Shown piece after piece: positions 1 through 14,719 of a stretch of 64,000 nt of DNA. Location: NCBI RefSeq assembly GCF_036321535.1, contig NC_087436.1, positions 109,556,001-109,620,000 on the forward strand. Direction: 5' to 3'. Source of the DNA: Camelus dromedarius. Lineage: Eukaryota. The notes under the pieces were generated by a model, which was given only the letters and a program-made list of their open reading frames with translations, was not told the origin of the DNA and made no database searches. A program made the position numbers and the translations under genes. Position 1 is the stretch's first letter. Each line of letters starts with the position of its first letter.

Positions 1-392
1 CTGATAACCTTGACACAGAGTTCTACTCTGCTAGGTAAAGCAGTACCTCTCCTCTTTGACTAGTATGTAGTCTCCTCAGTCAGACTGTTCAGACAGGTAG
101 GTGAGACCCAAACCAGAGCCCAGTTTGACAAGCTGGGCTAGGAGGGCATGGAGATTTGGGTGGCAGATACGTAACATCGCGTTCAAAGTGCTCTGGTGGC
201 GCCGTGGGTGGAGTTTTGGGATTCGCTGCAGTCTACTTGCTAATGAGAAGGCCAGGAGGGAATATTTCCTCACTTGTCTCAAGGTTTCCTTTCTGCTGAT
301 CTTAAAGGGTCGCATCTTTAGGGTTAGTGTAGTTTATTTCCTAAAGGAACACGAATATAATAAGAGGTTTTACATTTTTCTAGGTAAGAACT

Positions 393-776
393 TGTGTGGA
401 CTGGATTGTGTCCATTTCAAATTCATATGTTGAATCCCTAACCCCAGTGTGACCATATTTGGAGACAGGGCCTATAAGGACAAAATTAAGGTTAAATGAG
501 TGAAGTCATAAAGGCGGGGGATTAACCTGATAGGACTCGTGTCCTTATAGGAAGAGAAACCAGAGCCCCGTCTGTGCACCGCAGAGGAGAGGCCACGCAT
601 GGAGAGCGGAAGGTTCCTGCCTACAAGCCAAGAAGAGAGCTCTCACCAGAAGCCAAACAGGGCTGCACCTGCGGCCGAGACATCTAGTCCCCAGGACTGT
701 GAGGTAAGTAGACTGTTACACTTCCAGCAACCCCGTTTATGGTATTTTGTTATGGCAGCCTGAGCTGACTGGTGCA
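393..776 (+). mobile_element. MaLR solo LTR, MLT1A-like
   Basis: Begins tgtgtggactggattgtgtcc...ttcatatgttgaatccctaacccc and ends ggtattttgttatggcagcctgagctgact, matching recalled MLT1A features. Confidence 0.8.
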
Positions 777-2199
777 GCATCTGTTGTAAACAGGAAGCTA
801 CGTTCTGGCAATTACATTCCCAAAGTCACTTAAAGCTTTTCAAGTCAGTCAACTCAGGACACTTTGATTGCTATGTAGGGGGTTATTGTTGAAGGATTCC
901 TTTCTCATCAGAGAAATATTCTGTTTTAAGTTTTTGTAGAAGCAACATATGAAAGAATTTTTCTTTGTACTACCCTTATAAATGGCAGAAAGCTTGACCC
1001 TTTGAAAGCTTCTTTGATATCTGATTTCTCAATATATCCATATTTGGTTACTAAAGATATGATGTTTCAAAGAGCTTAAATATTCAAATATATGTCATAT
1101 ATTTATGTCATCTCATAATTCTACTTCTTAATGGAAAATAACACTGCATTAGGCTTATGTTAAAATTTCTTTTTCTTCTTTTTTTAGTTAATATTTAATT
1201 GTAAAAGAAAACAAAACTTTTGCTAGAAGAGGTACCTGGACAGTATTTGAGAACCGTTTTAACTTAGGGGTTGCTGTTACAAAATCTTCACACACAGTCC
1301 CTTTTGCCGACCAGTATCATCCAGGATTTCTCTCAAATTTTTGATGATTTTAATAAATTTGTCAAACTGACTTTGGATTTTTTTTTTTAGTAGAATGGAC
1401 TGTTAGTATGAAGCAGTTGCAATAGTCAGCTATTTGGATCATCGGGTTTTTTGGGTTTTTTTGAAGGATTGTAGTTAATATTTTAGGAACCAGACAGAGT
1501 AGCTTTAGCAACCAAAACAGGTCTGGACTCAACAGGAACTCAGTGGTAACTGTGGTCAGAAGACATGGAATTTGGTGACTTCAGGAGAGGCTGATGTGGA
1601 GTTGGGTTTAGTTTCAGATTTAGTTTCTACTCTGTGAACTCCTGGTGGATATTTTCAGGTCCATGTAACATAAAGGCTTACTTGTGCAACTCAGGGTCAT
1701 CTGAATTTGGCCCTGGCAAGCTGTTCCCTTTGGAGTTGAATAGAGTGAAATTTAAGTGTTGAATTCATTGTTTACACATACATTTCCCTTCAATCTTTTG
1801 TGGTCTCTATGTTTCAGGAAAATAGAGATCTCTTTGTTGAAGGAAAACAGCTTATACTTTAAATGTTTTTATGTGGTGTGTTAAATGTAACCTATTTTAA
1901 TTTTTTACATATTTTGGTAATATCTCAGAATATAAGGACACAACATGATTAAAAGGTTTTTTCCAAGTGTATTAAAATACTTTTAGAATTTTGTAATTTT
2001 TACCTTTAATATGTCTAAGGAGAAGAGATCATTGATGTTTAGGAACGACACTGGGACACTCTGAAAACTAGATCATCAAGAATGATTATTAAGCTCAAGG
2101 ATCTTCCCATCCTGCCCTTGGCTTGCCTTTGGGTTCATCTGGGGCTACCTTCTTTGGGTGCTCCATTCACAAGCACAATTAAACACTTTCTGCCTCAAT

Positions 2200-2550
2200 A
2201 GGATACAGTGCATTTGAATGTCTCATGTCTTTCCTAATAATGTTCACTCCACTAGGAATGCCATCCCACCTCACTTCCTCTCATCTGCCATTTTTCATTT
2301 GACAAATTCCCATTTGCCCTATTAAATATTCCTCAGGTATCAATGCAGTCTTCTTTGACCCTTCCGTGCAGAATTAATTTCCCTGCCACAAAAGCAAACA
2401 CATCTTTCATGATGAATTATTTACTTATCCATCTCTTCCACTAGTGCAAGCATTCTTCAAAGGCAGAGACTGGGCTTTGCTCACCTCGTATCTCGTCTTA
2501 TGCGCTTGATGCTGAGCCTGGCGTATAGTAAACAAGGCATAAGTATAGGG
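2200..2550 (+). mobile_element. L2 3' fragment
   Basis: Degenerate L2 3' motif: aggcagagactgggctttgctcacc...gcctggcgtatagtaaac. Confidence 0.55.
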
Positions 2551-3557
2551 GGTCGTGAGATTTGAAGTTCTAGCTTTGCTAATTCTGCATTTTAACTCTG
2601 AAAGTTTGCAAAACACACACACATCACCTACATTGGGATTGTTTTAGGGAAAATAATTGAATTAAAAAATTGGCTCTCTGACTATATTATATTGTGATTT
2701 GTTAAAACAATAAAATAAAAAAATAAATTAACTTCTGCCTAATCAGGTGAGTCTTCTTTTGACCAAAGAAAGTTGAGTGGAAATAACACGTCCCTGGTTG
2801 GTGGAAGGCCTTTCAGAGCAGCTGCGTGATGTTGCTAGGTGACATTCCCCCGCGATGGAAATGTGTGATGATCCACGTCATCAGCCTGGGTCTCTAATTA
2901 AAGGCCAGAATGGACATGTCATCTGAGTGAGAAAAAACCCTTTTTCTGTTTTAGGCTTTTGAGATTCAGTTTTTTTTTCTTTTTTCTTTTTTTTAACCAC
3001 AGCCTAAGCTAGCTTTCCTGACCGATACTATCCACTATTCATTTATGAAATAGACCTTCTCATAAATGAGAAGTGAAAAGCTATTATCCAAAAATAGAGA
3101 ACACTGACAAGAACATTTACCAATCCAGATATTTTATATTTCTGTATCTGTTGAAATATTATTATTTTTAAAAAATGTAATGTTCTATTTTGTACTTTAG
3201 AGATTGTCTGGATCAATAGCCCACTCAGGAAAGATTATGCTTTGATATCTCTTTTCCAGTCACCAAACCTTTACTTGAGTACTTACTACACTATATAAAA
3301 TAGCATTTGTTCCTGTAGAAGCCTCATCTTTAGAAAGTCTTTCTAATTTCTGTGTCTTTAGCCTATGTGCTATTATACAGCATTGTTACATGAAATATAA
3401 TTTCTGTTTATTTATATCTCTACAAATGCATTTATATGTTTTTTTTTTATTTAGCAAGCTATTTATTCATTTATCTTTTCATTCATTTATTTACTAATTC
3501 ATCCAATAACCCCTATTGAATGAAAAGTACGTGTATTATGTTTGGTGCTGAAGGTGA

Positions 3558-3563
<6 letters not shown>

Positions 3564-3591
<28 letters not shown>
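3564..3591. repeat. (TG)n microsatellite
   Basis: Directly visible. Confidence 0.95.
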
Positions 3592-3594
<3 letters not shown>

Positions 3595-5599
3595 TATTTG
3601 TAAGGGGTGTTCTTGGGTATTTGGATAATATTACATTGACTCTATCCTGAAAAATTTTGCAGTCCAGTGTAATATATCATCATTATAGCCTTCAAATACT
3701 GGAATCACCAAGTTACAGTTGCTGGTCAACATTTTCAGTTGAATAATGGTCATTTGGACACTAAGCGATGATATCTTCAAGCTCCTGCAATTCAGTCGTG
3801 AAAGAACAACTGTCCGTGAAGAACGCGCTGCTTTACTCAGTGAGCACGAAGGGTAGTTGCGAGAATGTGGATGGCTCGCATTACTTGGGAAGTCTCTCAG
3901 AATGGGGAACACGGTTCTTAGAGGGGTAAGTACTACTTAATAACCCTCAGAAGAGTTTTTCCTATAAACAATCCAGTCCAAGAGCCAACTTCCTTCTTTG
4001 ATAAAGTCAAAAACATTGATATGAGTTACTGCTTAACCTCTTTCCATTTGGCCCTGCTCCCACTGTCTGCTGCAACTCCTTGTTCAGGAATCTCCACCAT
4101 CTCCTGAACATAGACCATTGGCTTCTTTTCCTTCTTACAACATTATGATGCTGTTGGAGCCTATGTATGTCCTGAAATTCTCCTGGCTCCTCTCGTTCAA
4201 TTTCTTCCTCATTATCATTCATGGAAGTTTTTTCCAAAATGTTAGCTTCCAGTCTCCTTCTCTTTTCTGTATTTGTTCTCTCATTTGGTGCTACATCGAC
4301 CCATAGGATTTTATCTCTTACCATCATATAAATAACTCAAATCAGTATCTATATTAGTGATTTCTTTCCCAAGTTCTATTCCCATGTTTGCAATTGACTA
4401 GTGGATGTCTCCTCTTCGATATTATTTAAATGTTTCAAAATTAAACACTTCAAAGATAAAAGTCCTTGTTGTTTCTTTCTCTCATAAAGAAACCAATTTC
4501 CTTAGGCTTCAAAACTTCAAGTCATTTACTCATGGTTAGGATCATGCTATAAACTTTTAAATGAACCTGCATTCAATTGTTAACTTTACCCTAAATCCTA
4601 TGAGGCCTTTAATAGTTTACTAACATCTGTAAGCATTGATTTTCCCATATGTAAATTGAGTTGGAGACAGGACAGGTGCTAAACAAGAGCAGTTTATTTT
4701 GTTAGTATTTAAAATTAATCCTCATGTTTAAAATAAGAAACTAATTATGGCTACTTCTACTCTTAACATAATTCTTACATGAATTCTTTACTTTCTCTTC
4801 TCACATAACCACTTTGATTTCTACCCTAATAATAATTTATCTTCCTCATATGTGTTAAAGGAGTGGACATCTGATTTAGGCTTTGACATATGGGCAGAGA
4901 TCAGTAGAAAATGTGACAGAAGGATATTTTAGGTGAGAAAAGGCAAGAACATGAACCTTGTTTCTGATGAAAAGTGAAGACCTGAGTTTCTCTGGGCTTG
5001 GATTTCCTGCACAGGAGTTGTGTAGGAATAGAGTGTGAAGTGGATTGGCTGTGTGGGAGGCATCATGCACTTTTCCAGGCATACTTCTGTGGGCATGGGG
5101 GGCAGGAAAGATGTTTGAGTTAAGGGGGGACATTACCAAATCTGTGCTTCAGGAGTGGACATCGGACATCAGAATGGGACCAAATGGAATGGAGAGGCCC
5201 TGGAGAAAAGGGCATGAGTTGGGGAGTTACTGGAATGATGTAGGTCAGAAATAATAATTGGGAGCCATGAAAGGAAATCTCAGAAAGCAATTTAGCAATT
5301 CAGGAGCAGCCAGACTCTAATCCCTAAGAAAAGAAATAAAAGGAAACTTACCAAAAGCCGAAATTTTAGTGTGGAAGGACATGGCAGGAGTCTAGTGACT
5401 GGGACAGGATTGCCATGTGAGCTAATGGACTCAGGAGAAAGGCAGACACTCAAGCTCCTTATGAAAGGAACTTGATTCTGCTCATGAAACCTCCCATATT
5501 TATGCAGAATTTCCTTATATGCACCCATGCATGTGACATTTTTCTGGGGACACTGCCTACAGCACTGATCACATTCACAAGAACTGAAATATTTAAGAT

Positions 5600-5735
5600 T
5601 GACTACATTTGACTGCGAGCTTTACAATGACTGAGACCTTGTCATTCTGATATAGAATTCTATCTCTGGCCTGCATACGTGTTCTAATAAATATTTATTG
5701 ATTGAATGGATGAATAAATGAATGAATAAGTGAAC
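5600..5735 (+). mobile_element. L2 3' terminus
   Basis: taataaatatttattgattgaatggatgaataaatgaatgaa is the typical L2 tail. Confidence 0.65.
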
Positions 5736-5799
5736 ATGAATCTTTCTTCTTGATGCTTTCCTTGAGGGAAGACAGTGGGACTGATTGTATATTTGTGTT

Positions 5800-6140
5800 G
5801 TGTACAGTGTTGTGTGTAACGAATAGGCAGTTCTGAGAGCACCTCCAAGAGTCTGATGGGGAGTCTCTGAGCCGGCGTTTCACTTCAGGAAGAAATAGGC
5901 TGGTCCCAGTAGCCTAGTGCACTCAGTCACTGGCTGGGAGCCACAGGGGGGTCTGGCTTCATAATGAATGAAGCACATGGACTGTACCTCCAGCTGAGGT
6001 TCTTCCTACCCAGTCATTCTTCCTTCTCATTTCCTTTCCCAAATGTCAGACCCACATCACAGTCTGAAGGCTCTGCCTGCTCATTTTTGCTTCCTTGTCC
6101 TTTATCATTCACAGGTGTTATCCTTAATAAATCCGAATGG
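5800..6140 (+). mobile_element. ERVL-type LTR fragment (LTR16/LTR33-like)
   Basis: Ends tcacaggtgttatccttaataaa, resembling the LTR16-type 3' region. Confidence 0.4.
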
Positions 6141-6749
6141 GTCTTTGCTGAAAGCTGCCATTCAACCGTGCTCCTTGAAGCAGGTTCTTTTAAAGGGAGT
6201 TCTGAGAGCACATTTCTTTGGCTGCTCTAATTTTATATCCCGGAAACTTTACAGGTCAGATTTGAAATATGATCATTCTATTATGTTTTTGCTGGATGGA
6301 AACTGAAATTTTAGTACTGTTTATGCGAATAGCAGTCACATAGCAATTATTTGGATCAAGAATGCTTGTAGGACTGTAACACTTATGCAAAGCAGGCTAG
6401 GGAAAAACCAAAGTTGCCTGTTTATTATGGGGTATAGTTTTTTGAGGGGGCAATGAATAAGACTGTTCATCTCATAAATGTCTGCGCATGTGGTTATTTG
6501 CTTTCTGCTAGATTCCAAAAGTCTGAAATGACACAAAAACAATATCCCAATTTAAAGAGGGCCTTAATCTCGGAGAAATTTAACTAGCGTGTAAGTATCG
6601 ATTAAGACTACACAGTCTATGATCGTGGGAAGTACTCTCTCCCTTCTTTGGTAACATTCTGGGAGCAAAAATGTAAATTATACTTTGAACCTATTTGACA
6701 TACAGTATTTAAAAGAAAGCTTAACTCAAAAAACAAGTTTCAACTTCTT

Positions 6750-8230
6750 TGATTTAGATAGATGTATTTCCATAGAACTTTGGTGTGGGACGCAAACTGA
6801 GGGAGCCGTCAGCGCAGGTCATGGATGGCTAGGGGCCATTTTCCTTGTTTGGTAGGGGTTCTCTTCTGCTACGTATTCCAACTAACAACAAAAGCTGTTG
6901 ATCCGTCCTCTTCCTCTCTTTGCATTCTTCCATATTCCTAGCTCCTGGAGGGCCATGCCGTTTTCTAAAAGTTGATTTAGAAAGTTTTAATCTAGAGATA
7001 AAGCAAAACAATAGGTGAAAAAGGGGATTAGGGGAAATAGAACTAGAAGAAATTGGAGCTTCCAATTCTGAGGTCTTTCCCACCAGGCGTTCACAAACAA
7101 AGTCAGAAATAATAATGCAAGGGCATATGCCAAGGCCGGGGGAAGGGAAGGCATAAATTGCATGATGGGAAACTTGTGGGTTTGGGTCTGAACTTCCCTA
7201 ATGAGTTCATAAGAAAGCCAAGAACACAAGTACAGGTTCAGAAATTATATTTTAAGCAGAATGAGCTAGAGGCTTAGCACGACCAGCATCAGCTATCCAT
7301 TACTAAGAGGGACATGTTGCACCAAGGTTCCCAATTGTGTTTTTCTTCAATGAGCCTGTAAAACGGTATGTGTTTTATAACTTGTAAGTGCATCCATCAT
7401 CTTCATAAGTTTTATATTCCTGGTCAATGTCAATAATGCTTTGGTAACCACAGACTTTCTAAAACTTCTTTTAATTTTTACATAGTCGATTAGCACATTT
7501 CACCTAGAATTAAATTGTTGTCTCAAATAATACAAACAAGTACATGAACATATACAAGCAATTTAGATAAAAGATTCTGGGTTTGGGGGGGAGATTATAG
7601 GGACAAGCCACCTGTTCAGAGGGTCATTTGCATTTTTATAATTGCTGTATGCAAAGGTTTCTTCTTAATCAAAGCTAACAGTCCAGTGGGTCTGGTTTGG
7701 AACATGTTGGAGAAAATAATGCGTTCAAGGGAATGTCACCTTCATTTGATCTTTGGCAAAAATTGGTCAATGGTACAGCCTTTCTCTTGGTCTTGTCTCA
7801 ATACTCCAAGTTGTCACTTGAGAAAAAGACTACCCACTTGTCTATAGTAATTACTCTGCTTTTTTCCTCCACTTAAATTGATGACATTTTCTTTTCTACT
7901 GAAACACAGAACTATTTATTGCTCTTTTAAGTAAATTCTTATCAGGACACAGTTTCTGAGTGGAAAAAGATGTTCAGGACAGTCCCATCATCTTTCAGAA
8001 CCATAAACAGAACAAAGTCACTGTATTTTTCTCACAGCAAAGCATAAACCATAGTAACCTCAAAATCTAGAAACAGTTGACTAAGAAATCTTATTTATTT
8101 ATTTCAGTATAACACAATGATCTGTTTACCCCTTATTTCTTACCATTTTCAAATAACCCATTTATGGAAACACCTCCACCAATTTTTTCTTGTCCTCTAT
8201 AGCCATATATTTAGATTATAACTTTTTAAA
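6750..8230 (-). mobile_element. Possible degenerate ERV internal sequence
   Basis: Resemblance in texture and motifs to old ERV1 internal regions; no intact ORF. Confidence 0.3.
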
Positions 8231-8639
8231 GGATCCTAAAGATTTTTTTTAGTAATATTTGGTTTTATGTTTAAGAAAAACAGTATTTACAACTTTATTT
8301 TTGTTGTAGTTTTATGATATTAAACTCCTTTAGTATGAAAAAGTGTGAAAAGTGACATTTCATTCTGTAAGAAGTCAGGAGATATTTGTATCATTACAAT
8401 CAGGACTTCTTGTAAACATTTGGTAAATGGTTTTTCTTATGTTTACAGTTAAAGAGGCAATATCTACTATGTATTTTTTAAAACTCCATAAATGTATGTG
8501 TTTATTTTTGGAAAGGGTTTGAAATTATATAAGGGAGTCAATATAGTCATGAAATAACATGTTTTTCCCATGTAAATTTATTAAATTCAACCTAATACAT
8601 TGTTGAGGAAAGAATATTAATGACATTGAAAATCACAAT

Positions 8640-8850
8640 ACTTGTTATAATGACCACAACTATATCTAGTGCTCATTTGCCAGGCACTGTTCAAAGCATT
8701 TTATTTGTGTTATATTGGTCTTCATGACCACTCTATGAGGCAGGTTTCATCATCTTCATTTTATTTAACAGCAGATTGAGGTTTGATTAAGTTTGCTGTC
8801 CTGAGTCATAGAAGTGGCCAATGATTAGACAACAGAAGTCCAGCCACAAA
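8640..8850 (-). mobile_element. MIR SINE
   Basis: tgccaggcactgttc...ctatgaggcaggt...cattttatttaacagcagattgagg matches the reverse MIR core. Confidence 0.7.
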
Positions 8851-8974
8851 GTCTCTCATCTTTTTATGACCCCTGCCACTTCTCTGCTGCTGCTCGTTTT
8901 CTCTAAGACCTGAGCACTTGGCGTCCACGTCTTATTTAATGACCCACTTGCCATCCTGCAGGAGAGTGCCAAGA

Positions 8975-9150
8975 ATATGGGCTTTGGACTCACAGAAACG
9001 TGATTTCTAATTCCTACTCTACCTCTTAACTGCCATGGGATTTGGTAGAATCACAAATTCTCCAAGTCTTGTCTCCCTAATTTCTCTGAGTTTTCTTTCT
9101 TCATCCATAACTAAAAACAGTAATGTAAATATTATATGATTGTTGTAAAG
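8975..9150 (+). mobile_element. MIR SINE
   Basis: gggctttggactcacaga...tgattgttgtaaagatt. Confidence 0.55.
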
Positions 9151-9234
9151 ATTTGTCAACTAGAGTAAAATCACACCATGTGAGAGTTGTGGGTTAAGTT
9201 TTATTTGGGGCAAAATGAGGACCATATGTAAGGA

Positions 9235-9432
9235 GATACAGAGAGAAGACCTACATACAAACCAAGGAGAGCGACCTGGAACAGCTCCTACCTCACAGTT
9301 CTCAGGAGGGACCAACCCTGCCGACCCCTCAGTTTTGGAGTTCTACCCTCCAGAGCCAAAGGACAATACATTTTTGTTGTGTAAGCCACTTAATGTGCGG
9401 GACTTCGTTACAGCAGCCCTAGCAAACTCACA
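9235..9432 (+). mobile_element. MLT1B/C-like LTR 3' half
   Basis: accaaccctgccgac...taagccac...gttacagcagccctagcaaact. Confidence 0.75.
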
Positions 9433-9696
9433 CACCCAGAAGCCACTCTTTCTTCAAGTGATGACTGCACCTTCTGCGAGTGACCTCTTCCTCACCATCA
9501 ATTTATGCAGTTGCGGTGAGGCTGGCTCTATCTCAGCTCCATCCATGGGCACACGACCCTAGAATGGCCTACTATGGAAGACCAAACCTTTGGTCATTGT
9601 TTCTGAGACAGAGATTGACATATAACACAAATGAGACATAAGTCCACGATTTTTGTGGAGACATACTATAAAAGAGAATTCATTTTGTGTTGTTAC

Positions 9697-9907
9697 AGCT
9701 CATGGGTCAGCTCACTGTGCCTGTAAATATTTTAGGCTTTGTGAGTCATTTGATCTCTACTGTAACTACTCACCCTGCCTTGTAGTGTAAAAGAAGCCAT
9801 AGCCAGCTCATAACCCAATAAGCCTGGCTGTGTTCCTATAAACTTTATTTATAAAAAACGGGTTTCAGACCAGACTTGGTCCATGGGCTGTAGTTTGCTG
9901 GCCTCTG
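9697..9907 (+). mobile_element. MER58A-like hAT-Charlie DNA transposon
   Basis: gtaaatattttaggctttgtg...ggctgtgttcctataaactttattta...atgggctgtagtttgctggcctctg. Confidence 0.8.
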
Positions 9908-12900
9908 CTATAGATAATAATATAGTATCTTGAAACATCTTGGTGTTACCATAACGGGATCGTGTCTTAACACAAATCCAGCACAGGGAAAAATAGATCT
10001 GAGAGACACAAAGAGACAGGTTCCTAAAGGTATTGTGCCACAGTGAAGCAAGAACATGAACACTTTGTTTCATTATCCAAATAATTTTCTCTTATATTTA
10101 AATCAATCTGAACTGAGTGGGAGTATCTTTCCACAAAAAGAGTTCTAATATATTGGGTAAAACTTCCCAGGTAACATCAATATACAGGGAGAACCCAATA
10201 TTAGTCTTCTCTCCCATCTGATGGGCAACTAGTGAATTCTTAAGGTAATACTTTTTTTTAAGGAATAATATATTCAGGATTAAAATATTGCAGATGAACA
10301 GAATGAATGATTGATACAAATAAAAATGGCTACACAACTGCATACTTCCCACATTCTTCCTTCTCATTGCCCCAAATAACTGCCTTTCTAAACTCTTTCC
10401 ACCTTGATCATAACTGATTCCAGTTTCTTAATAAAAAGAAGAGATTATTACTAAAGGAATTAGATTCCTAAATGTTGTTCTCTTGATTTTCCTGATAAAA
10501 GAAGGTCTTTATAAATGGTGTGATCTTCATGGCTGCACTGTTCTTAAAGGCAGAGTGGGATCTGTCCAAAGACTGTAACAGTGATCTTCGTAGGGGAGAA
10601 TAAATATATGGACAAGAGATTAACCAGGAAGGAGTGGTGATTTGGAAAAAGTCATAGATACAGGGTAGAACACATCATATCATTACAAGGTATTGAAAAT
10701 TAAAAAGGCCAATTTCACTTGCATAAACAAGAATGTCTTTTTAATCACAGCAAAACCTTTCTAATGCTTAACAGACCTGGTTTACATATTCTGTCACTCA
10801 AAGATGAGTGATCTCCATTGCAAATAGAGAACTGGTGGACCCTTGAGATTGCCCCAACATGTGTCTTCCTTTCTGAAGAGGGAAAGGTACTAATGACTAA
10901 TTGGAAAATATTTTTAATTGCAATTTTTAGTTTTGGGAGTATGGTACTTTTTATTTTACTTTTCTTGTTTCGCCCTTATAGAATTTTGATTAGAATAACC
11001 AGATTGGATTGTGTCTTTTCAGGTTGACCTGTTGACTAACCACTGTTCATTAATTCATTTATTCAATCAGCCTCACATAAATATAACAATATTTATGAAA
11101 TTCTCATTAAATGCACAATGTTTCTTGCTATTATAGTTTTAGGTGTATTCTTAGTTCTTGGAATGTTACTTTTATTGCCAGGCAATGAGATTGAATACAT
11201 GTTTAATAAAATCTTTGGATGTAAAAATGAATTAATAGATTTTTCAGAATATATGACATGAACATTTTATCTAGCTGAGGAGATAAACCCCACATACTTG
11301 AGGAAACTACATGGTTGCAGAGATGAGCACCCTGCAAATAATTAATTGCTACAATAAATTATAATGACAAAGAAATTAAGGAAATGATGGATTGTTATGG
11401 GGTGGGGTAAAGAGGGAAATGAGTTGTAATTGAACTAGATTCTGAACAATGAACGGTTAGGATTTAATTAGAAAGATACAATAACGAAATATACACCAGA
11501 TAAGAGAGTTGGCATGAGAAGATGTGGAATCAGAAATAATCACATCAATTTTAGGGATGAGAAGCAGGGTGACCAACCTTGGTCGGGGAAGGGGGCTGTT
11601 AGTATTGGTAGAGTGGTGTTTGGTAGGAATGCATGTGAATGTGGAGTTGTTGGAGAGGTCTTGGCCAGGATTTACCTGTTGGCAGATAACCTCGTTGGCA
11701 GGGAAGAAACTACTAGTATAAGCCCCTTTGTGGTACATGGAATCAGCCAAATGGAGAATCAGGGAAAAACATACTCTCTGGTGACTTAAGTCGCTTGGGT
11801 GCCCTGTTGGTAATAGTGTCTAGGCTGTATTTCAGCTTCTTCCTCCCCCAGCAACTACCTCTGCACAGTGTGTTGACACCGTGGTCTGCTTACAATTCTT
11901 CTTTGTATCCCCAAGGCCTAGTGAATGGATGAATATTTAAACAGCAAAAGAATGTATGATAAATAATTGCTTTAAATAATTAATCAATGAAGTGTGTATT
12001 GCATGCTTTCTATGCATAGTTTAACATTAGCCACCAGACTAGAGAAGGCAAAGGAATTAATTTTCATCATATTCTTGTTAAATGGAATATATTGTGTCAC
12101 TTGGAGGGGTTATTCAAACTGCCTAAATCCAGTTAACATTCTATTGAAACTATTGCTGCTTTGCAGTCTTAGCCAAAATTACACAGGGGCTAAGGGCATT
12201 GATTCAGAGTCAGACTGAGCTTAAATTTAGGCTCTGATGCTATGTGGTGGTATATCCTTGGTCAACCTATCAGCCTTTGTGTGCATCATTATTTCCAGAC
12301 CATATAAAAAATGAGGCCTGCTTGGATTTTGCCCTTGGTATTTAATTTTTTGAATAAATAATAAAGCTAAAGACTCTGTTCAAGTGAAAGCCTAATTTTA
12401 GATGAAGGAGCTGAGGGGGATGAAAAGAAGATGGATTCTACCAATTTTATTTTGAACACAAGCCAAAGAAATATATAAACTGCCAGTACTTCTCCTAAGC
12501 CCAGGGCACAGTATATTTAAGAAGCAAGGAGAGTAACATAAGACCTGTTTCTACAATGCCACTATTTGATGTTCTCCGGTTTGAAACTTTGGTATTATCT
12601 GAGAAGATGTCTTCCTACATGGGGCCAACTCAACCACTTTTCTTTCCTCTAGGATTAGGAAGATCATTTTCCTATGGGAAGTCTTTAATTTCATAGCATT
12701 TTAAAATTGCTAATCCAATGGAAATATTCTTAAGTACATCTTCATCTTCCAAGAATATCATATTTCATGATTTTATAACCATGGTGGACCGGAAGAATAT
12801 GGATTTAGAGCTCCAATCTCTTCTGACAGTATAGCTAGCTGGAGAAACCCAAGCTACTAAAAATACAGGAACAGACCTTTCTTCTTACTGTGATCCTGGG

Positions 12901-14719
12901 TTCCAAGCAGCAGGTATCAGCAATTTTTTGACTATGATTTACATGATCAAAGGCACTCACATGTTTGAGTTTTACAGTGTGCATGTTCCTATTGGTGATG
13001 CTGAATTCCCAGGCACAGTCTCGATAGATATATCTCTCTTTCTCACTAAGCCTATGCAGATAAAATATGAGTGAGTATTAGGTTCAAACTTTGGCCTTTT
13101 AATACTAGGAAATAATTACTTAGATATTCCTTACACAGTGCTGAAGTAGACTGCTGAAGAATTTTTCTGAGCTATCTGTGATATGTGTGCAGAAATGACA
13201 TAGCTGCATAGGAAAATGGAAAAAAAAATAATGGCACAAAGATTAAAGTATTGCCTTAAGCAACAGGGATCTACTGTATTATGTAATTGTATGGACAACA
13301 GCTAAGCAGGTAGGTGCAGAACTGCTCTGATTAAGAGAAAGAATCCACCTTGGAAGCATGTGCATTCAGAATTCTCCTGAGAACCTTGGTTTCCCCTGAC
13401 AAATTCCATGGGCCACTAAAATGCTACGGAATAAAGCCTGAAAACCACTGTCCTAGTGGAAAGAGGGGCAGGACTTCTAAATATAAAGATGCTTGGGTTG
13501 AAATCCATACTCAGTCACGTTCCAACCACATTCTCACTTAGATTTATGAGCTTTGTTATTTTTTTATCTGTATAGTGGGAAAAACTATCTCCTCTTGATA
13601 GGTCAATAGGAGAATTCAAAATGATCTTCATGTGGTACAAAATTGTTCTGAGAGATTTATTTCTATTTTCCTGTCTGTATTGTTTCCCTTCTTTGTTTTC
13701 CTACAAGCTCTTTCTTTTTAAGTCTTTGCCTCTGTAATATTTATAGACCAGGAAGCAGAAGCTGCTGGAAATGAACAATTCTTCCTCCTATGTTTTGCAA
13801 AAAATATAAAGCTTTGGTGTGCTGGAGATAGGAAAGGGAATAGTTATGTGGACCAGAGGACTATGGGAAGAGTGATTTCCAGTAGGTGGGGAGGGGAAGG
13901 GGTTAGGTGGAAGGACCCAGTGGGGTACAGCAGTCCCTGCAGATCACCCTGATCTAAGAACTTGTGCCTTTTCAAGGATTCTGATAACTGCAGTTTGCTG
14001 AATCTAAAGGAATCATGGGCTGTGAGACAGGGAGGTCATAACAGAAACATGGATGGGCAAAAGGACTTTGAGCAGAAAGACCTCCCAATCCTTTGGATAT
14101 GCTTCAGAGCTTGAGATCTTGTCCAAACTTGGAGTGGAAGGGAATTCCCATTATAGCTCTTACTGAGATCTTAGTCAGCTATGTATGCTAGGCTCAGATT
14201 ATATTTAAATTGAATAAGAGAAAATAAAGGAATATAATATTTCTGGCTCAGCCAAGTTTATAAACTAAGATTTATATCTCCTATATCCCTAAAACTTCTA
14301 ATCCAATGTCAGATTCACAGGTGGTACTAAAAATATTCATCAATTTAATCCAGGCTACAACATGCTGACTGAGACAAGAGTTATTTTATTTGAACACCTG
14401 ACACTCATCTTGAACAATGCTATGTTCAATAAATACAATAAAATTAGTAAAGTGACAATAGAAACACGCCTAATGACCCATCATTTTTCGGATGATAGCA
14501 GACATTTAAATCACATATATCTTTTTCATCTTTTTTTTTTTTGGAATACACATATAGTGGATATTTGGTTGTTTTTGTTCATTTATTTTAAAAATGCTAA
14601 TTGATGATGTACCATGTGCCAAGTACTATTCCAGGCATTACAACTGCAATATAAAAAAAGACAAATAATTCACAGCTGGCCTTCATGGACCCTACATTTC
14701 AACAGAAGAATTAACTAGT

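Noticed and set aside
4007..4327. 106-aa minus-strand ORF
   Set aside because: Lies in L2-like degenerate sequence with no recognisable protein motif
4859..5163. 13-bp direct repeat aggagtggacatc about 290 bp apart
   Set aside because: No poly(A) tail or element termini between the copies to support a TSD
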